From contig CAWCPV010000014.1 of NCBI GenBank assembly GCA_963797555.1, forward strand, positions 128,001-192,000: 64,000 nucleotides of DNA. The letters are read 5' to 3'. This document shows, piece by piece, positions 40,142 through 49,604 of this stretch. This stretch comes from an uncultured Gammaproteobacteria bacterium (lineage in GTDB: Bacteria > Pseudomonadota > Gammaproteobacteria > CAWCPV01). The notes under the pieces were generated by a model. That model ran no database searches. It was not told the DNA's origin and saw only the letters and a program-made list of their open reading frames with translations. The number at the start of each line of letters is the position of its first letter. Position 1 is the stretch's first letter. The position numbers were made by a program, and so were the translations under genes.

Positions 40142-40615
40142 TGGCACACGAAAACCGAGGATGTTAAGCATGATCAACGCATTAAGGCCGTTTCGACCTC
40201 CATGGCGTTGACCGGCCTCAGCGACATAGGATAAGATTGTTTGCGAAACAGAATAGGCTTTACGTCCGGCATGGTCTTCGACGCCGCAGCAGCCGAGCCC
40301 GTGCCGGCCTTCGAATTCGGCCAGACCCTCTCCTGGTGGACCTCGCGGCGCCACCCCTCAGCAAGAAGCACGGCGGCGTTCACGCAACTCAGCGGGAAGC
40401 ACCCCAACAGCAGCCCACAAGCAATCCCAGGGCGCAAGGCTGCGCCTGCATCGGGCACCCCGACACGGCCGTTTCGCAGACCGCATCAAATCCTGCCGAG
40501 GACGCGGTCCCGGTGCACGCCCCTGTGCGGCCCGCCGCCCAAGTTGGCAGGCCGCTAGCTTCCTTGCTAGGATTTTTAGGAAGCGCCGAAAAGCAACTTC
40601 CCCCAACGGATTGCG

Positions 40616-41107
40616 ATGAGATTTTCAGCTCTTTCGCTGTTTCTGGGCAGCCTGTCCAGCGCCGCATTGGCGGGTGGTCTGAGCGAGATCGAGCTTCTCG
40701 ACGGAAGCAAGCTGTATGGAGAGATCGTCTCCGTTCGGAAGGACATATACAGGGTAAAGTCTCCCAGTCTCGGTACCATCGACATCGACAGCTCCAAGAT
40801 CCGGCTGATTCGCTTGAAGCCGACTAGCGCGCAAACAGAGGCACAGACCGGGGTATCGACCGGAATCGATTCTGCGCGTCGCTCGGAGATCGAAGTCCTG
40901 CAGAAATCCATGGTGAGCGATCAGGCCACCATGAGTCTGATCACGTCTCTTCAGAACGACCCCGAAGTGCAGGCGCTGTTGAAAGATCCGGCGATCATGT
41001 CTGCAGTGACCTCCGGTGACGTGACGACCCTCATGGCCAATCCCCAGTTTCTCCAGCTCTTGCAGAATCCGAAGATCCAGGAGATCGAGAGGAAGGCCAT
41101 CCGCTGA
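40616..41107 (+). CDS. Secreted hypothetical protein with STI1/DP-like C-terminus
   Basis: Signal peptide; [11 protein letters not shown] beta domain; [12 protein letters not shown]...[11 protein letters not shown]. Confidence 0.7.
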   Translation: MRFSALSLFLGSLSSAALAGGLSEIELLDGSKLYGEIVSVRKDIYRVKSPSLGTIDIDSSKIRLIRLKPTSAQTEAQTGVSTGIDSARRSEIEVLQKSMVSDQATMSLITSLQNDPEVQALLKDPAIMSAVTSGDVTTLMANPQFLQLLQNPKIQEIERKAIR

Positions 41108-41305
41108 AAGTCGCCTCCTCACGCATCATTCCGGCGCTGGATTCGGGATCTCGCGATGCGCAGAGGGTCGCACCGTGGGACCGGAGATGCGCCCTCACAC
41201 TGAAGGCCGCCTGCTTTCTACCTCGCCTGGTCCGGACCCGCATGCGGGGTGACATGGGAGCGGCGGAGAGAAACCCCCGGCACCCGATTGGATCTCTATC
41301 TTTTG

Positions 41306-41333
41306 ATGGCCGCTTCCGACCCACAACGGCCAT
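41306..41333 (+). repeat. dif-like site D (11-6-11)
   Basis: ATGGCCGCTTC-CGACCC-ACAACGGCCAT with perfect 7-bp outer palindrome. Confidence 0.75.
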
Positions 41334-41418
41334 TCGCCTCCGGCACGACATACCAGGTTGGAGAAGGCTGAAGCTTGACCGCTCCCCGCCACAGGACTAC
41401 CTTCCTCCTACGCCACGT

Positions 41419-41437
41419 GCGGTTAAATTTCCTATCC
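41419..41437 (+). mobile_element. oriIS-like terminus of an IS91/ISCR-type element
   Basis: GCGGTTAAATTTCCTATCC resembles the ISCR oriIS GCGTTTGAACTTCCTATAC. Confidence 0.55.
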
Positions 41438-41454
41438 TTCAAGGAGACAATGCC

Positions 41455-42279
41455 ATGCCTATCATCACGACCAAAGACGGCGTTGAGATCTTCTACAAGG
41501 ACTGGGGCAAGGGTCAGCCCATCGTGTTCAGCCATGGGTGGCCGCTGTCGGCAGATGACTGGGACACGCAAATGCTGTTTTTCCTGCGTCACGGCTATCG
41601 CGTCATAGCCCATGACCGCCGTGGCCACGGCCGGTCCACGCAAACGGGCGACGGTCACGACATGGATCATTATGCTGACGATCTTGCGGCGCTTACCGCG
41701 CATCTCGACCTGAAGAATGCCGTGCATGTCGGTCACTCCACCGGCGGCGGCGAGGTGGCGCATTACCTGGGACGGCATGGCGAAAGCCGGGTGGCCAAGG
41801 CGGCGCTCATCAGTGCGGTGCCGCCGCTAATGGTGAAGACAGCGGCCAATCCGGGGGGCCTCCCCAAGGAAGTGTTCGACGGGTTGCAAGCGCAGCTCGC
41901 GGCTAATCGCTCGCAATTCTATCGCGACCTGCCAGCGGGGCCTTTCTATGGCTTCAACCGACCGGGCGTGAACGCCTTAGAGGCAATCATTCAAAACTGG
42001 TGGCGTCAGGCCATGATGGGCGGAGCGAAGGCACACTATGATGGCATCGTTGCCTTCTCACAGACCGACTTCACCGACGATCTCAAGAAGATCACGGTAC
42101 CGGTGCTGGTCATGCACGGGGACGACGATCAGATCGTTCCCTACGCTGATGCCGGGCCGTTGTCAGCGAAGCTACTGAAGAACGGGACGCTGAAGACCTA
42201 CAAGGGCTTTCCGCACGGCATGCCTACCACGCAGGCGGACACGATCAACGCCGACCTGCTCGCGTTCATCAAGGACTGA
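41455..42279 (+). CDS. cpo: Non-heme chloroperoxidase / alpha-beta hydrolase
   Basis: [43 protein letters not shown]. Confidence 0.92.
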   Translation: MPIITTKDGVEIFYKDWGKGQPIVFSHGWPLSADDWDTQMLFFLRHGYRVIAHDRRGHGRSTQTGDGHDMDHYADDLAALTAHLDLKNAVHVGHSTGGGEVAHYLGRHGESRVAKAALISAVPPLMVKTAANPGGLPKEVFDGLQAQLAANRSQFYRDLPAGPFYGFNRPGVNALEAIIQNWWRQAMMGGAKAHYDGIVAFSQTDFTDDLKKITVPVLVMHGDDDQIVPYADAGPLSAKLLKNGTLKTYKGFPHGMPTTQADTINADLLAFIKD

Positions 42280-42390
42280 TTGAGGCCACCATCAGGAAAG
42301 CGGCCACACGCCGCCCTCGGCGAAGGGCGCGGAATCACGAGAGTGCGGGAGGGAAGCGGACACGGTGGCAGCCGGCGTGGCGAGCCCTAA

Positions 42391-42760
42391 TCACGCGGCT
42401 CTCGCCTTCTGCTGGCCTTCCCCTCCGGCTGCACGCCATCGATGAAGGCGATACCGGCGCGAACCAGCGTGAGCAGGCGTGCGCCGTCGAGCCGCCGCCA
42501 CCGCACCTGCGCCATGTCCGGCAGTTTGTGGGCCATCAAAGAGCCCCTTCGTGCGTGAGCAGGCGCCCTTCGTCACGCGCTGCCGCAGCCGCACCGTCGC
42601 GAACGGCATTCGATTACGTAGCTGGTCCGCAGATGCTTCCAGTGCTCAGCGGGGAAGTCGAAGAACGTGAGCAGCACGTCAGCGTCCTTCTCCAGGGTCG
42701 TGACGGCCTTCGGGTACTCTGGGACGTACTCGGTGCCGAACCGCTGTACCGCGTCAGGCG
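42391..42760 (-). mobile_element. IS256-family transposase C-terminal fragment
   Basis: YPKAV..LEKD...LLTFFDFPAEHWKHLRT...FATVRLR. Confidence 0.8.
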
Positions 42761-43072
42761 ATGGCACAGCTCCAAGCGGGGAGATCGGGCAATCCCAGAG
42801 GCAAGCCCAAGGCGCCAAGGACAAACGCACCGGGCTGCGGGCGCTGCTCCAGCCCCATGCCGATGCGTTGGTGAAGAAGGCCGTAGTAATACCGGAATCA
42901 GTGCCCGGATTCGCGCGGAATCCGCAGTCCTCGGCCGCTTCCGGGGACTTCTGCCGAAGCGCAGCGGCCATCGCCGCTATCTGCGCCCGCCCGCGCCTGC
43001 GATCACAGCGTCACGTCTCGCCTCGCTCCACTTCCACTTCGGCAAAGCGACAATCCCCGAACGCCTTCCGCC

Positions 43073-43732
43073 CTATTCGTCCTTGAACCCCACCGCCCAG
43101 TGGCTCCCGTCGCAGAAGGGCTTGTTCTTGGAGGAGCCGCAGCGGCAGAGGGTGTAGTGCTCCAGCGAAGCGCCCTCACCGCGCGCTTGGCCGAGCAGCT
43201 CGATGCCGCCCGTGACTGCGTACGGCCCGTTGCGGGTGGCGGTGACCATCGGCTCGCGGTCCTGGTCCCGGTGCTCCACGCCGCCGACGGAATAGCTGAG
43301 CGCCCCCGAAGGACACCTGCGCACGATCCGGATGATTTCCTCCACCGTGGCACCGTCGGGGTCGATCCAAGGCTCCTCGCCCATGCGGAATACCTGCTTC
43401 AGATGCTCGGTGCAAAACCCCGCGTGAGAGCAGATACCGCGGTTGTCGTGGATGGTGATGCCCCGGCCTGGGTAATCGACCCGTTTGTTTGCGTTTCCGT
43501 CCGTAAGCTTCTTGTCACTGAACCCGTTGATGCTGTGGGTGCCATCGCAAAACGGCTTGTTCTTGGAGCCGCCGCAACGGCAGAGCGCCGCGCCTTTGAC
43601 GTTGGCGCAGGCTTGCCCGTTCCACCTGCGCAGATAGGGCACCGGCGCGGGGTCCAGATCGTACAGCAGATAGTAAGGCCCGTTGGGCACGCAGGCGATC
43701 TTGGGCTTTGCGGGAGCGTCGTCGACACTCAT
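43073..43732 (-). CDS. CDGSH iron-sulfur protein (two CDGSH domains around a ferredoxin-like domain)
   Basis: LCRCGGSKNKPFCDGTH; CSHAGFC...CPSGAL; LCRCGSSKNKPFCDGSH. Confidence 0.9.
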   Translation of the reverse strand: MSVDDAPAKPKIACVPNGPYYLLYDLDPAPVPYLRRWNGQACANVKGAALCRCGGSKNKPFCDGTHSINGFSDKKLTDGNANKRVDYPGRGITIHDNRGICSHAGFCTEHLKQVFRMGEEPWIDPDGATVEEIIRIVRRCPSGALSYSVGGVEHRDQDREPMVTATRNGPYAVTGGIELLGQARGEGASLEHYTLCRCGSSKNKPFCDGSHWAVGFKDE

Positions 43733-43817
43733 GTGCAGTCTCCGTGAGTAGTTCAAGGGATGCCGCCGGTGCTCCGGACGGGCTATCGCGTCTGACGCCA
43801 GCTCTGCAGGCGTGTTT

Positions 43818-44165
43818 TCAGCCCTTGGGCGTAATCTTGCCGGTGAATGACTGGGCTGCGACCTTGCCATCCCGCACGACGAACGTGTCCGTTCCCATCT
43901 CGTACACGTTCTCGGCAGTCTCGGCCGTCCACAGAATGTAGGCATAGTCGCCCTCGACGAACCGCTGCGTCATGCTGAACGTCGCGCCAGGTTTCCCAAA
44001 CTCCGCCAACATCGCTTGGAACAACGACCTAATCGCGTCGGCTCTGAGCGGTCCGTTCGGCGTGAACAGGACGGCACCCGGCGCATAGTCAGATAGGATG
44101 CCCGCGAGGTCGCCTTCGTCAAAACACTTCAAGTGGTGGTCTAGAACCTCTTTCGTCGAAGCCAT
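43818..44165 (-). CDS. NTF2/SnoaL-like protein
   Basis: VLDHHL..F..GDL..ILSDY, AYILW, GTDTFVVRDGK. Confidence 0.85.
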   Translation of the reverse strand: MASTKEVLDHHLKCFDEGDLAGILSDYAPGAVLFTPNGPLRADAIRSLFQAMLAEFGKPGATFSMTQRFVEGDYAYILWTAETAENVYEMGTDTFVVRDGKVAAQSFTGKITPKG

Positions 44166-44307
44166 TTCACGGTCGTCCTGTGTTAGCGGTACCACTTTGC
44201 GGGCTTTCGGGAGAAAACGTCCAGTAGTCAGGATGACTTCTCTGCCATCAGGCGCTTGCGGGTCGCCAAGGAGTGATGATGGGGGACCAAGGCGGACGCA
44301 GCGCGGG

Positions 44308-44775
44308 TCAACGCCGGCCTCCGCCACCATGTCCACCCCCTCCCCAGTGTCCACCACCTCCCCAGTGTCCGCCACCTCCCCAGTGTCCGCCACCTCCCCA
44401 GTGTCCGCCACTGCCCAAGTTTCCACCACCGCCCCAGTGTCCAGCACCACCCAAGGTTCCACCACCACCCCAGTATCCGCCACCGCCCCAGGGTCGACCA
44501 CCACCCCAGTGTCCAGCATCACCCCAGTGTCGGCCACCGCCCCAGTGTCCACCACCGCCCCAGTGTCCACCACCGCCCCAGTGGCCGTAGCCTCCTGGGG
44601 CGAAGACGACGCCGAGGCTCGGCCAGTCGTAGCCATAGTTGTAGAAATAGCCCGGCTCGGAGTACCCATAGTCGGAGTAACCGTAGCCGTCATACGGGCC
44701 AGGTCCGGTGGGGACCGCCACGCATCCGGAAAGAACAGCAGCAACGGTGACCAGCAATATTCGGAGGGGTCTCAT
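44308..44775 (-). CDS. Gly/His/Trp-repeat lipoprotein
   Basis: Lipobox LSGC, Tyr-rich segment, then about 15 GGGGHW-like hexapeptides. Confidence 0.7.
   Translation of the reverse strand: MRPLRILLVTVAAVLSGCVAVPTGPGPYDGYGYSDYGYSEPGYFYNYGYDWPSLGVVFAPGGYGHWGGGGHWGGGGHWGGGRHWGDAGHWGGGRPWGGGGYWGGGGTLGGAGHWGGGGNLGSGGHWGGGGHWGGGGHWGGGGHWGGGGHGGGGRR
44320..44590. repeat. 18-bp tandem repeat (about 15 units)
   Basis: Units of ccccagtgtccrccaccn. Confidence 0.9.
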
Positions 44776-44959
44776 GACAGGCTCCGGGGTTCCAGACTTC
44801 ATATAGAATGCGACACGGACGCAAGGCCGCCGGTTCCATCCCCTCGGTGCAGCAACTTGCCGTTGCGCCAACCGCAGCGCCGCCGACGCCTTGGCCAACA
44901 CCCCGGAGAGATCGGGAGCACGAAGCGAACCTGCGGACACGACGCCTGTCAACGCGGCC

Positions 44960-45331
44960 ATGTCCGCCGGGGGGGGTTGACGATCCGGCTGGAGTGCATC
45001 GACGCCCCGGAACTTCGTCAAAACTCACGACAAGCGCTCGAAGGAGACTTTCGCGAACTTGGTATTCGGTCGTAGCGTCCGGGTAGAAGACCACGGCCGG
45101 GACCGCTACGGTCGGCTGCTCGGGCGGGTGCGCTACCGGGATCTCGACGTGAATCTGGAGCTGGTCAGGGAGGGTGCGGCATGGGTGTATGTGCGGTACT
45201 GCCACGATCCTGAGCTGTACCGGCTGCAGAAGGAGGCCAGGAGGCGCACAGGGGCCTGTGGGGGCTGCCGGAGGCGCAGAGGGTCGCGCCGTGGGAGTGG
45301 AGGCATCATGCGCGGGAGACGCGCTGACTGA
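44960..45331 (+). pseudogene. Thermonuclease (SNase) family gene, frameshifted
   Basis: IRLECIDAPELRQ, DRYGRLLGRV, VNLELVREGAAWVY. Confidence 0.8.
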
Positions 45332-45424
45332 CACCCCTTGCTTCGATCCGCTCACGCGGACTGTGGGTGCTGTGGGAGGCCGGGGGAAAGAAACCGCGGC
45401 GGACCCGATTAGCTCTCTTTTTCG

Positions 45425-45452
45425 ATGACCGCTTCCGACCCACAACCGCCAT
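45425..45452 (+). repeat. dif-like site E (11-6-11)
   Basis: ATGACCGCTTC-CGACCC-ACAACCGCCAT. Confidence 0.7.
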
Positions 45453-45815
45453 TCGCGTCCGGCACGACATCCGCAGAACGGTGGCGGAGCACCCACTCTG
45501 AACCCAAGAAAGTGTGTTCCCGGCGGACATTCAACGACGATAGCTTGACCCGCCCCAAGAGACCGCTGACCCGGACCCTTGCCTTCGCCCGGCGGAATAT
45601 CGGCCGGAGTTGGCCTGCGAGTTGATCAGAGGGTGACTTGGCAGTCCCCAAGGGGCTGCCGGAATACTTCGCCTGCCCAACCCAGATCCTTCTCGACCTG
45701 GCACCCACTTCCTCCCGCACTCTGTGCCCGGCAGAATGTATTAGTATCATGTGATATCCTTATCAATAGGAACCTCCGTCAACGGGAGCAACAAACCTAC
45801 TGGGAGGACACGGTC

Positions 45816-46091
45816 ATGACTACGCTGATTATTGCTGTTGCCACTCTTTTCATCGTCGGTATCGCGTCGTACAGCCTGTTCCGCGACTCTGACCCGTTTG
45901 CCAGCCACCGCAGGGCGATGCACCGCGCCGGGTTTACCTTCGTCAGTTCGGCGCCTAACGCAAGCACAAAGCCCAAGCCCTATGAAGGCGGGGGCCGGGA
46001 GCGTCTGCACGCTGAGGGCTGGGAGCCGAGGACACTGAATCTCACCGACCAAGGGTGGGCGAACCGTCGTCGGAGCAAGGCCGCGATGTAG
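45816..46091 (+). CDS. Small hypothetical membrane-anchored protein
   Basis: GGAGG RBS and N-terminal TM helix. Confidence 0.45.
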   Translation: MTTLIIAVATLFIVGIASYSLFRDSDPFASHRRAMHRAGFTFVSSAPNASTKPKPYEGGGRERLHAEGWEPRTLNLTDQGWANRRRSKAAM

Positions 46092-46552
46092 CGCTCCTTG
46101 CGCCCCGAGAGACCTCGTACCCACCCGTGGCGTGCACGCTCAATGCGGCGCACCAGCGGCTCCTTCGGGAGCCGTTTTTTTTGGGGAGTCAGGCGGTACA
46201 CTGGGTCAGACCGTGAGAAGCCGCTACGAAGTCGTCCACTGCAACTGGTACAACGCCCGACAGAATCGAGTGAGGCAGGAGAAAGGGCAGCCCCGTGTGC
46301 AACATGGGTGAGTTGGTCCCCCTGATCGCGTGGTGGACCGCCTGGGCCGTCGTTCGAGCGGGTGAGCGCCGTCCGTTCCCAGGCACCTCGGGCGGCGGCC
46401 TGTTGCCGGAGGCAGGCGAGGTAGTCTGCGCCAACAGCAGCGTCGGCGGACTTACTGTTGCCACCCGTGAGATCGTCCCGAGCCCCAAATAGCCGCTTCT
46501 GTTAAGGGTTATCAGATGCCTACCGCCGTAGAGGCGATCGAGAGACGCTGCG

Positions 46553-46821
46553 CTGGAAGGTGGCTTTGGAGCTGCTGCTTACCGTGGTCGGCGGTAGGCG
46601 TCTGATAAGCCTCGGGGGAGGAAACCGCGGGGGGCGAACGATGAGGCCGGCAGCGGGAAGGCGCTATGGGGGGATTTGAATGGAACCTATGGGTCGCAGA
46701 GGGGGTGGGTGGGACGGTGCAGGAGAGGTGTGCAGAGTGCTGCGCGCAGGGAGTGGCACCGACGCCACGCCGGCCCGTGGTCGCGGAAGATGTCCGCGAC
46801 CTCCAAGGCCTGCCGCGGCAC
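46553..46821 (-). mobile_element. Internally deleted IS91-like transposase (first ~20 codons) and element end
   Basis: GTG at 46821 gives MPRQALEVADIFRDHGPAWR, a typical IS91-like N-terminus; end repeat 46553-46682 shared with 35931-36059. Confidence 0.7.
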
Positions 46822-46824
46822 AGC

Positions 46825-47713
46825 TCAGGTGCGCGGCGGCTCCTGTGGCGTCAGCCGCTCCAGGGGACTGGTGACCTCACGCAGGGTGCGGGTGGCCACC
46901 CGGGCATAGAGCGCGGTGGTCTCCAGCTTCTTGTGCCCGAGCAGCACCTGGATGACACGGATGTCCTCCCGGTGCTCGAGCAGATGGGTAAGCTATGTCT
47001 GAGAGTATGCAGCGACACCCGCTTGGCGATCCCGGCCTCAGCGGCGGCGGTGTGGCAGGCGCGGTTGAGTTGGCGGGTCGACATCGGATCGAGCGGGTCC
47101 TGGCCGGGGAAGAGCCAGCCGTGGGGCAGCATCTTGCCGTGCACATGCGCCTCACACCACCCTTGGCGCAGCAGCGCGAGCAAGGTCGGGGAGAGCATCA
47201 CGTAGCGGTCCTTGCGCCCCTTGCCTTGTTCAACGCGGATCACCATCCGCTCGCTGTCGATATCGTCGACCTTGAGCGCCACCACCTCCGAGGTGCGCAG
47301 CCCCGCCCCGTAGGCCACCGCCAGCGCCGCCTTGTACTTCAGCCCCGGCGCCGCCTCCAGCAGGCGCATGACCTCCTCGGGGCTTAACACCACCGGGAGT
47401 TTGCGCGGCACTCGCACATGGCTCATCTTCGCCATCAGCTCGCCACGCCCGAGGGTCACCTCGCAGAAAAACCGCAGCGCCGTCACCGCCGCGTTCAGAC
47501 TGATTCGGGAAACACCGCTCTCGGTCAAGTGCAGCTGGTAGCGGCGCAGGTCCTCCGCTGTCGCGGTATCCGGGGAACGCCCAAGAAAGCGCGTGAAGCT
47601 CTTCACCCAGCGGATATAGTGGCTCTGGGTCTTCTCTGCGAGAGCTTGCGCAGGCGCATGTCCTCGATCATGCGCTGACGCAACGGGCTCACCGGTTTAT
47701 GCTCGATACTCAT
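46825..47713 (-). CDS. Tyrosine recombinase with N-terminal SAM-like domain (IS91-associated type); two frameshifts
   Basis: LRQRMIEDMRLR, YGAGLRTSE, QGKGRKDR, HTLRHS, VLLGHKKLETTALY (R-K-H-R-H-Y catalytic set). Confidence 0.88.
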
Positions 47714-47812
47714 GGGTCTGCTCCGACGGCTTCCGGGTGCGCCACTGGGTGTTTCCCGGTAATGCGGTGGATGTCAGCACGGTCGAGCAGATCAAGCGCG
47801 ATCTCGCAGCGA

Positions 47813-47840
47813 GTGACTGTTCTTGGCCGGTTCCGGTCAC
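47813..47840 (-). repeat. dif-like site G, 100 bp upstream of the recombinase
   Basis: Minus strand GTGACCGGAAC-CGGCCA-AGAACAGTCAC; right arm 8/11 identical to the site C right arm. Confidence 0.65.
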
Positions 47841-48257
47841 TGGAGCCGCTGTGGGCAGCGATCCCTGAAGCTGGAGGCGAGAAGGCGGTTTCGAGGCGCC
47901 CCGTGCACGCCCCGTCCCGACGTGGGGGGGCATCCGGGCATACCGGGGGCGGGCATGGGTATGCAGCGCGTAGCCCGAACGGTGGGGTCGGCGTATCGGT
48001 GGTAGCGGAGTTGAGAGCATCCTGGCGACCGCTCGGAGGCGAGGGCTCTCGAACCCGACAGCCTGCGGTCCCCCGCTTGAACAAGGGAAGTCGACTTCAC
48101 AGTGCGATCGGCACCCTGTACAATCGGTCAGCCTTTCGTGAACCGCAGTGTCTCCCTCGCCTTCACCGGGCTTGCGGATGCCGGCCCAGCGCGCGGAGTC
48201 TCGAACATTCCGGAGCAAACTCAAGTCGCCGAGGTGACCTCGTCGGTATCATCCGAG

Positions 48258-48920
48258 ATGGCCGTTGCGCCGCACGACGAGCGGGCCCCGGAGGCGGTCG
48301 AGCCGGTGCCTCTGGAGGTGCAGGACCTGGAATGCGAGCGCGGCGACCGAACCCTGTTCAGCGGGCTAGGTTTTCGGGTCGGGCGCGGAGAGGTCCTCCA
48401 AGTGGAGGGTGCCAATGGCAGCGGCAAGACCAGCTTGCTGCGCATCCTCTGCGGTCTGGCGCTGCCCACGCAGGGCGAGGTGCTCTGGCGGGGGACGGAC
48501 ATCCAGCGCGTCCGCTCCCAATACTTCGCAGATCTCGCCTATTTGGGGCACGTGCCCGGGGTGAAGGAGGATCTGACCCCGCTGGAAAACCTGCGCATGG
48601 CCCGTGTCCTGGGGCGCGCTCGCGATGACCTCTCGCTGGACGAGGCGCTGGAGCGGATGGGGCTTTTCGGCTTCGAGGATGTCCCGGCGCGCACGCTGTC
48701 TGCCGGGCAGCGGCGGCGTGTGGCGCTGGCGCGGCTCCTGGTGCGCCAGGCCGGACTGTGGGTCCTCGACGAGCCGTTTACGGCCCTCGACCGAAAGGGG
48801 CGAGAGAAAGTCGAGAGCATGCTGGCCGATCATACGCAGCGCGGAGGCACGGCGGTCATCAGCACCCACCACGCGATCAACCTCGCTCGCTGCCGTGTCA
48901 CGCATCTGCATCTGGCGTGA
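48258..48920 (+). CDS. ccmA: Heme export ABC ATPase CcmA
   Basis: GANGSGKT, LSAGQRRRVALARL, LDEPF; start could be GTG 48234. Confidence 0.93.
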   Translation: MAVAPHDERAPEAVEPVPLEVQDLECERGDRTLFSGLGFRVGRGEVLQVEGANGSGKTSLLRILCGLALPTQGEVLWRGTDIQRVRSQYFADLAYLGHVPGVKEDLTPLENLRMARVLGRARDDLSLDEALERMGLFGFEDVPARTLSAGQRRRVALARLLVRQAGLWVLDEPFTALDRKGREKVESMLADHTQRGGTAVISTHHAINLARCRVTHLHLA

Positions 48921-49600
48921 ACGAGCCGAAGCTTCTCTCCGCTTTCTTCCTGCTGTTGCAACGGGATCTCACTTTAGCCTTCCGTCACCGCAGCGAGCTG
49001 GCGAATCCGCTCATCTTCTTCGTGATGGTGGTCAGCCTCTTTCCTCTGGGGCTGGGTCCCGAGCAAAGCATCCTGCAGCGCATCGCTCCTGGGGTGATAT
49101 GGGTGGCGGCGCTGCTCGCGGCGCTGCTGTCGCTGGATACTATCTTTCGCTCGGATTTCGAGGACGGGTCCCTGGAGCAGCTATTGCTGAGCCCCCACCC
49201 GGCATCGGCCCTGGTGATCGCCAAGGTGATCGCCCACTGGCTGGTAACCGGTCTGCCGCTCCTGGTGCTGGCGCCCCTGCTCGGTGTCTTGTTCCATTTG
49301 CCCGGCGCGGCCACGGTGACCCTGGTGCTGACCCTGGCGCTGGGGACTCCGGTGCTCAGCCTGGTAGGGGCCATCGGCGTCGCTCTGACCGTGGCGCTGA
49401 AACGCGGCGGGGTGCTGTTGTCATTGCTGCTCCTGCCGTTGTATATTCCGGTATTGATTTTCGCCGCGAGCGCAGTGGATAGCGCGAGCGGCGGTCTTCC
49501 CGCAACGGCACAGCTTTCTTTCCTGGGTGCGCTCCTGGCTCTCTCGCTGACCCTCGCACCGCTGGCGTCGGCCGCGGCTTTACGCATCAGCCTGGGCTGA
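48917..49600 (+). CDS. ccmB: Heme exporter protein CcmB
   Basis: FRSDFEDGSLEQL, LLLLPLYIPVLIF. Confidence 0.95.
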   Translation: MNEPKLLSAFFLLLQRDLTLAFRHRSELANPLIFFVMVVSLFPLGLGPEQSILQRIAPGVIWVAALLAALLSLDTIFRSDFEDGSLEQLLLSPHPASALVIAKVIAHWLVTGLPLLVLAPLLGVLFHLPGAATVTLVLTLALGTPVLSLVGAIGVALTVALKRGGVLLSLLLLPLYIPVLIFAASAVDSASGGLPATAQLSFLGALLALSLTLAPLASAAALRISLG

Positions 49601-49604
49601 GCAC

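Noticed and set aside
44320-44590. Possible CRISPR array
   Set aside because: Contiguous 18-bp units without unique spacers, in frame within a lipoprotein; no cas genes
35401-45452. 28-bp sites as integron attC or canonical XerCD dif
   Set aside because: No RYYYAAC/GTTRRRY boxes; arms do not resemble the dif consensus; the recombinase appears to lack the IntI-specific insertion
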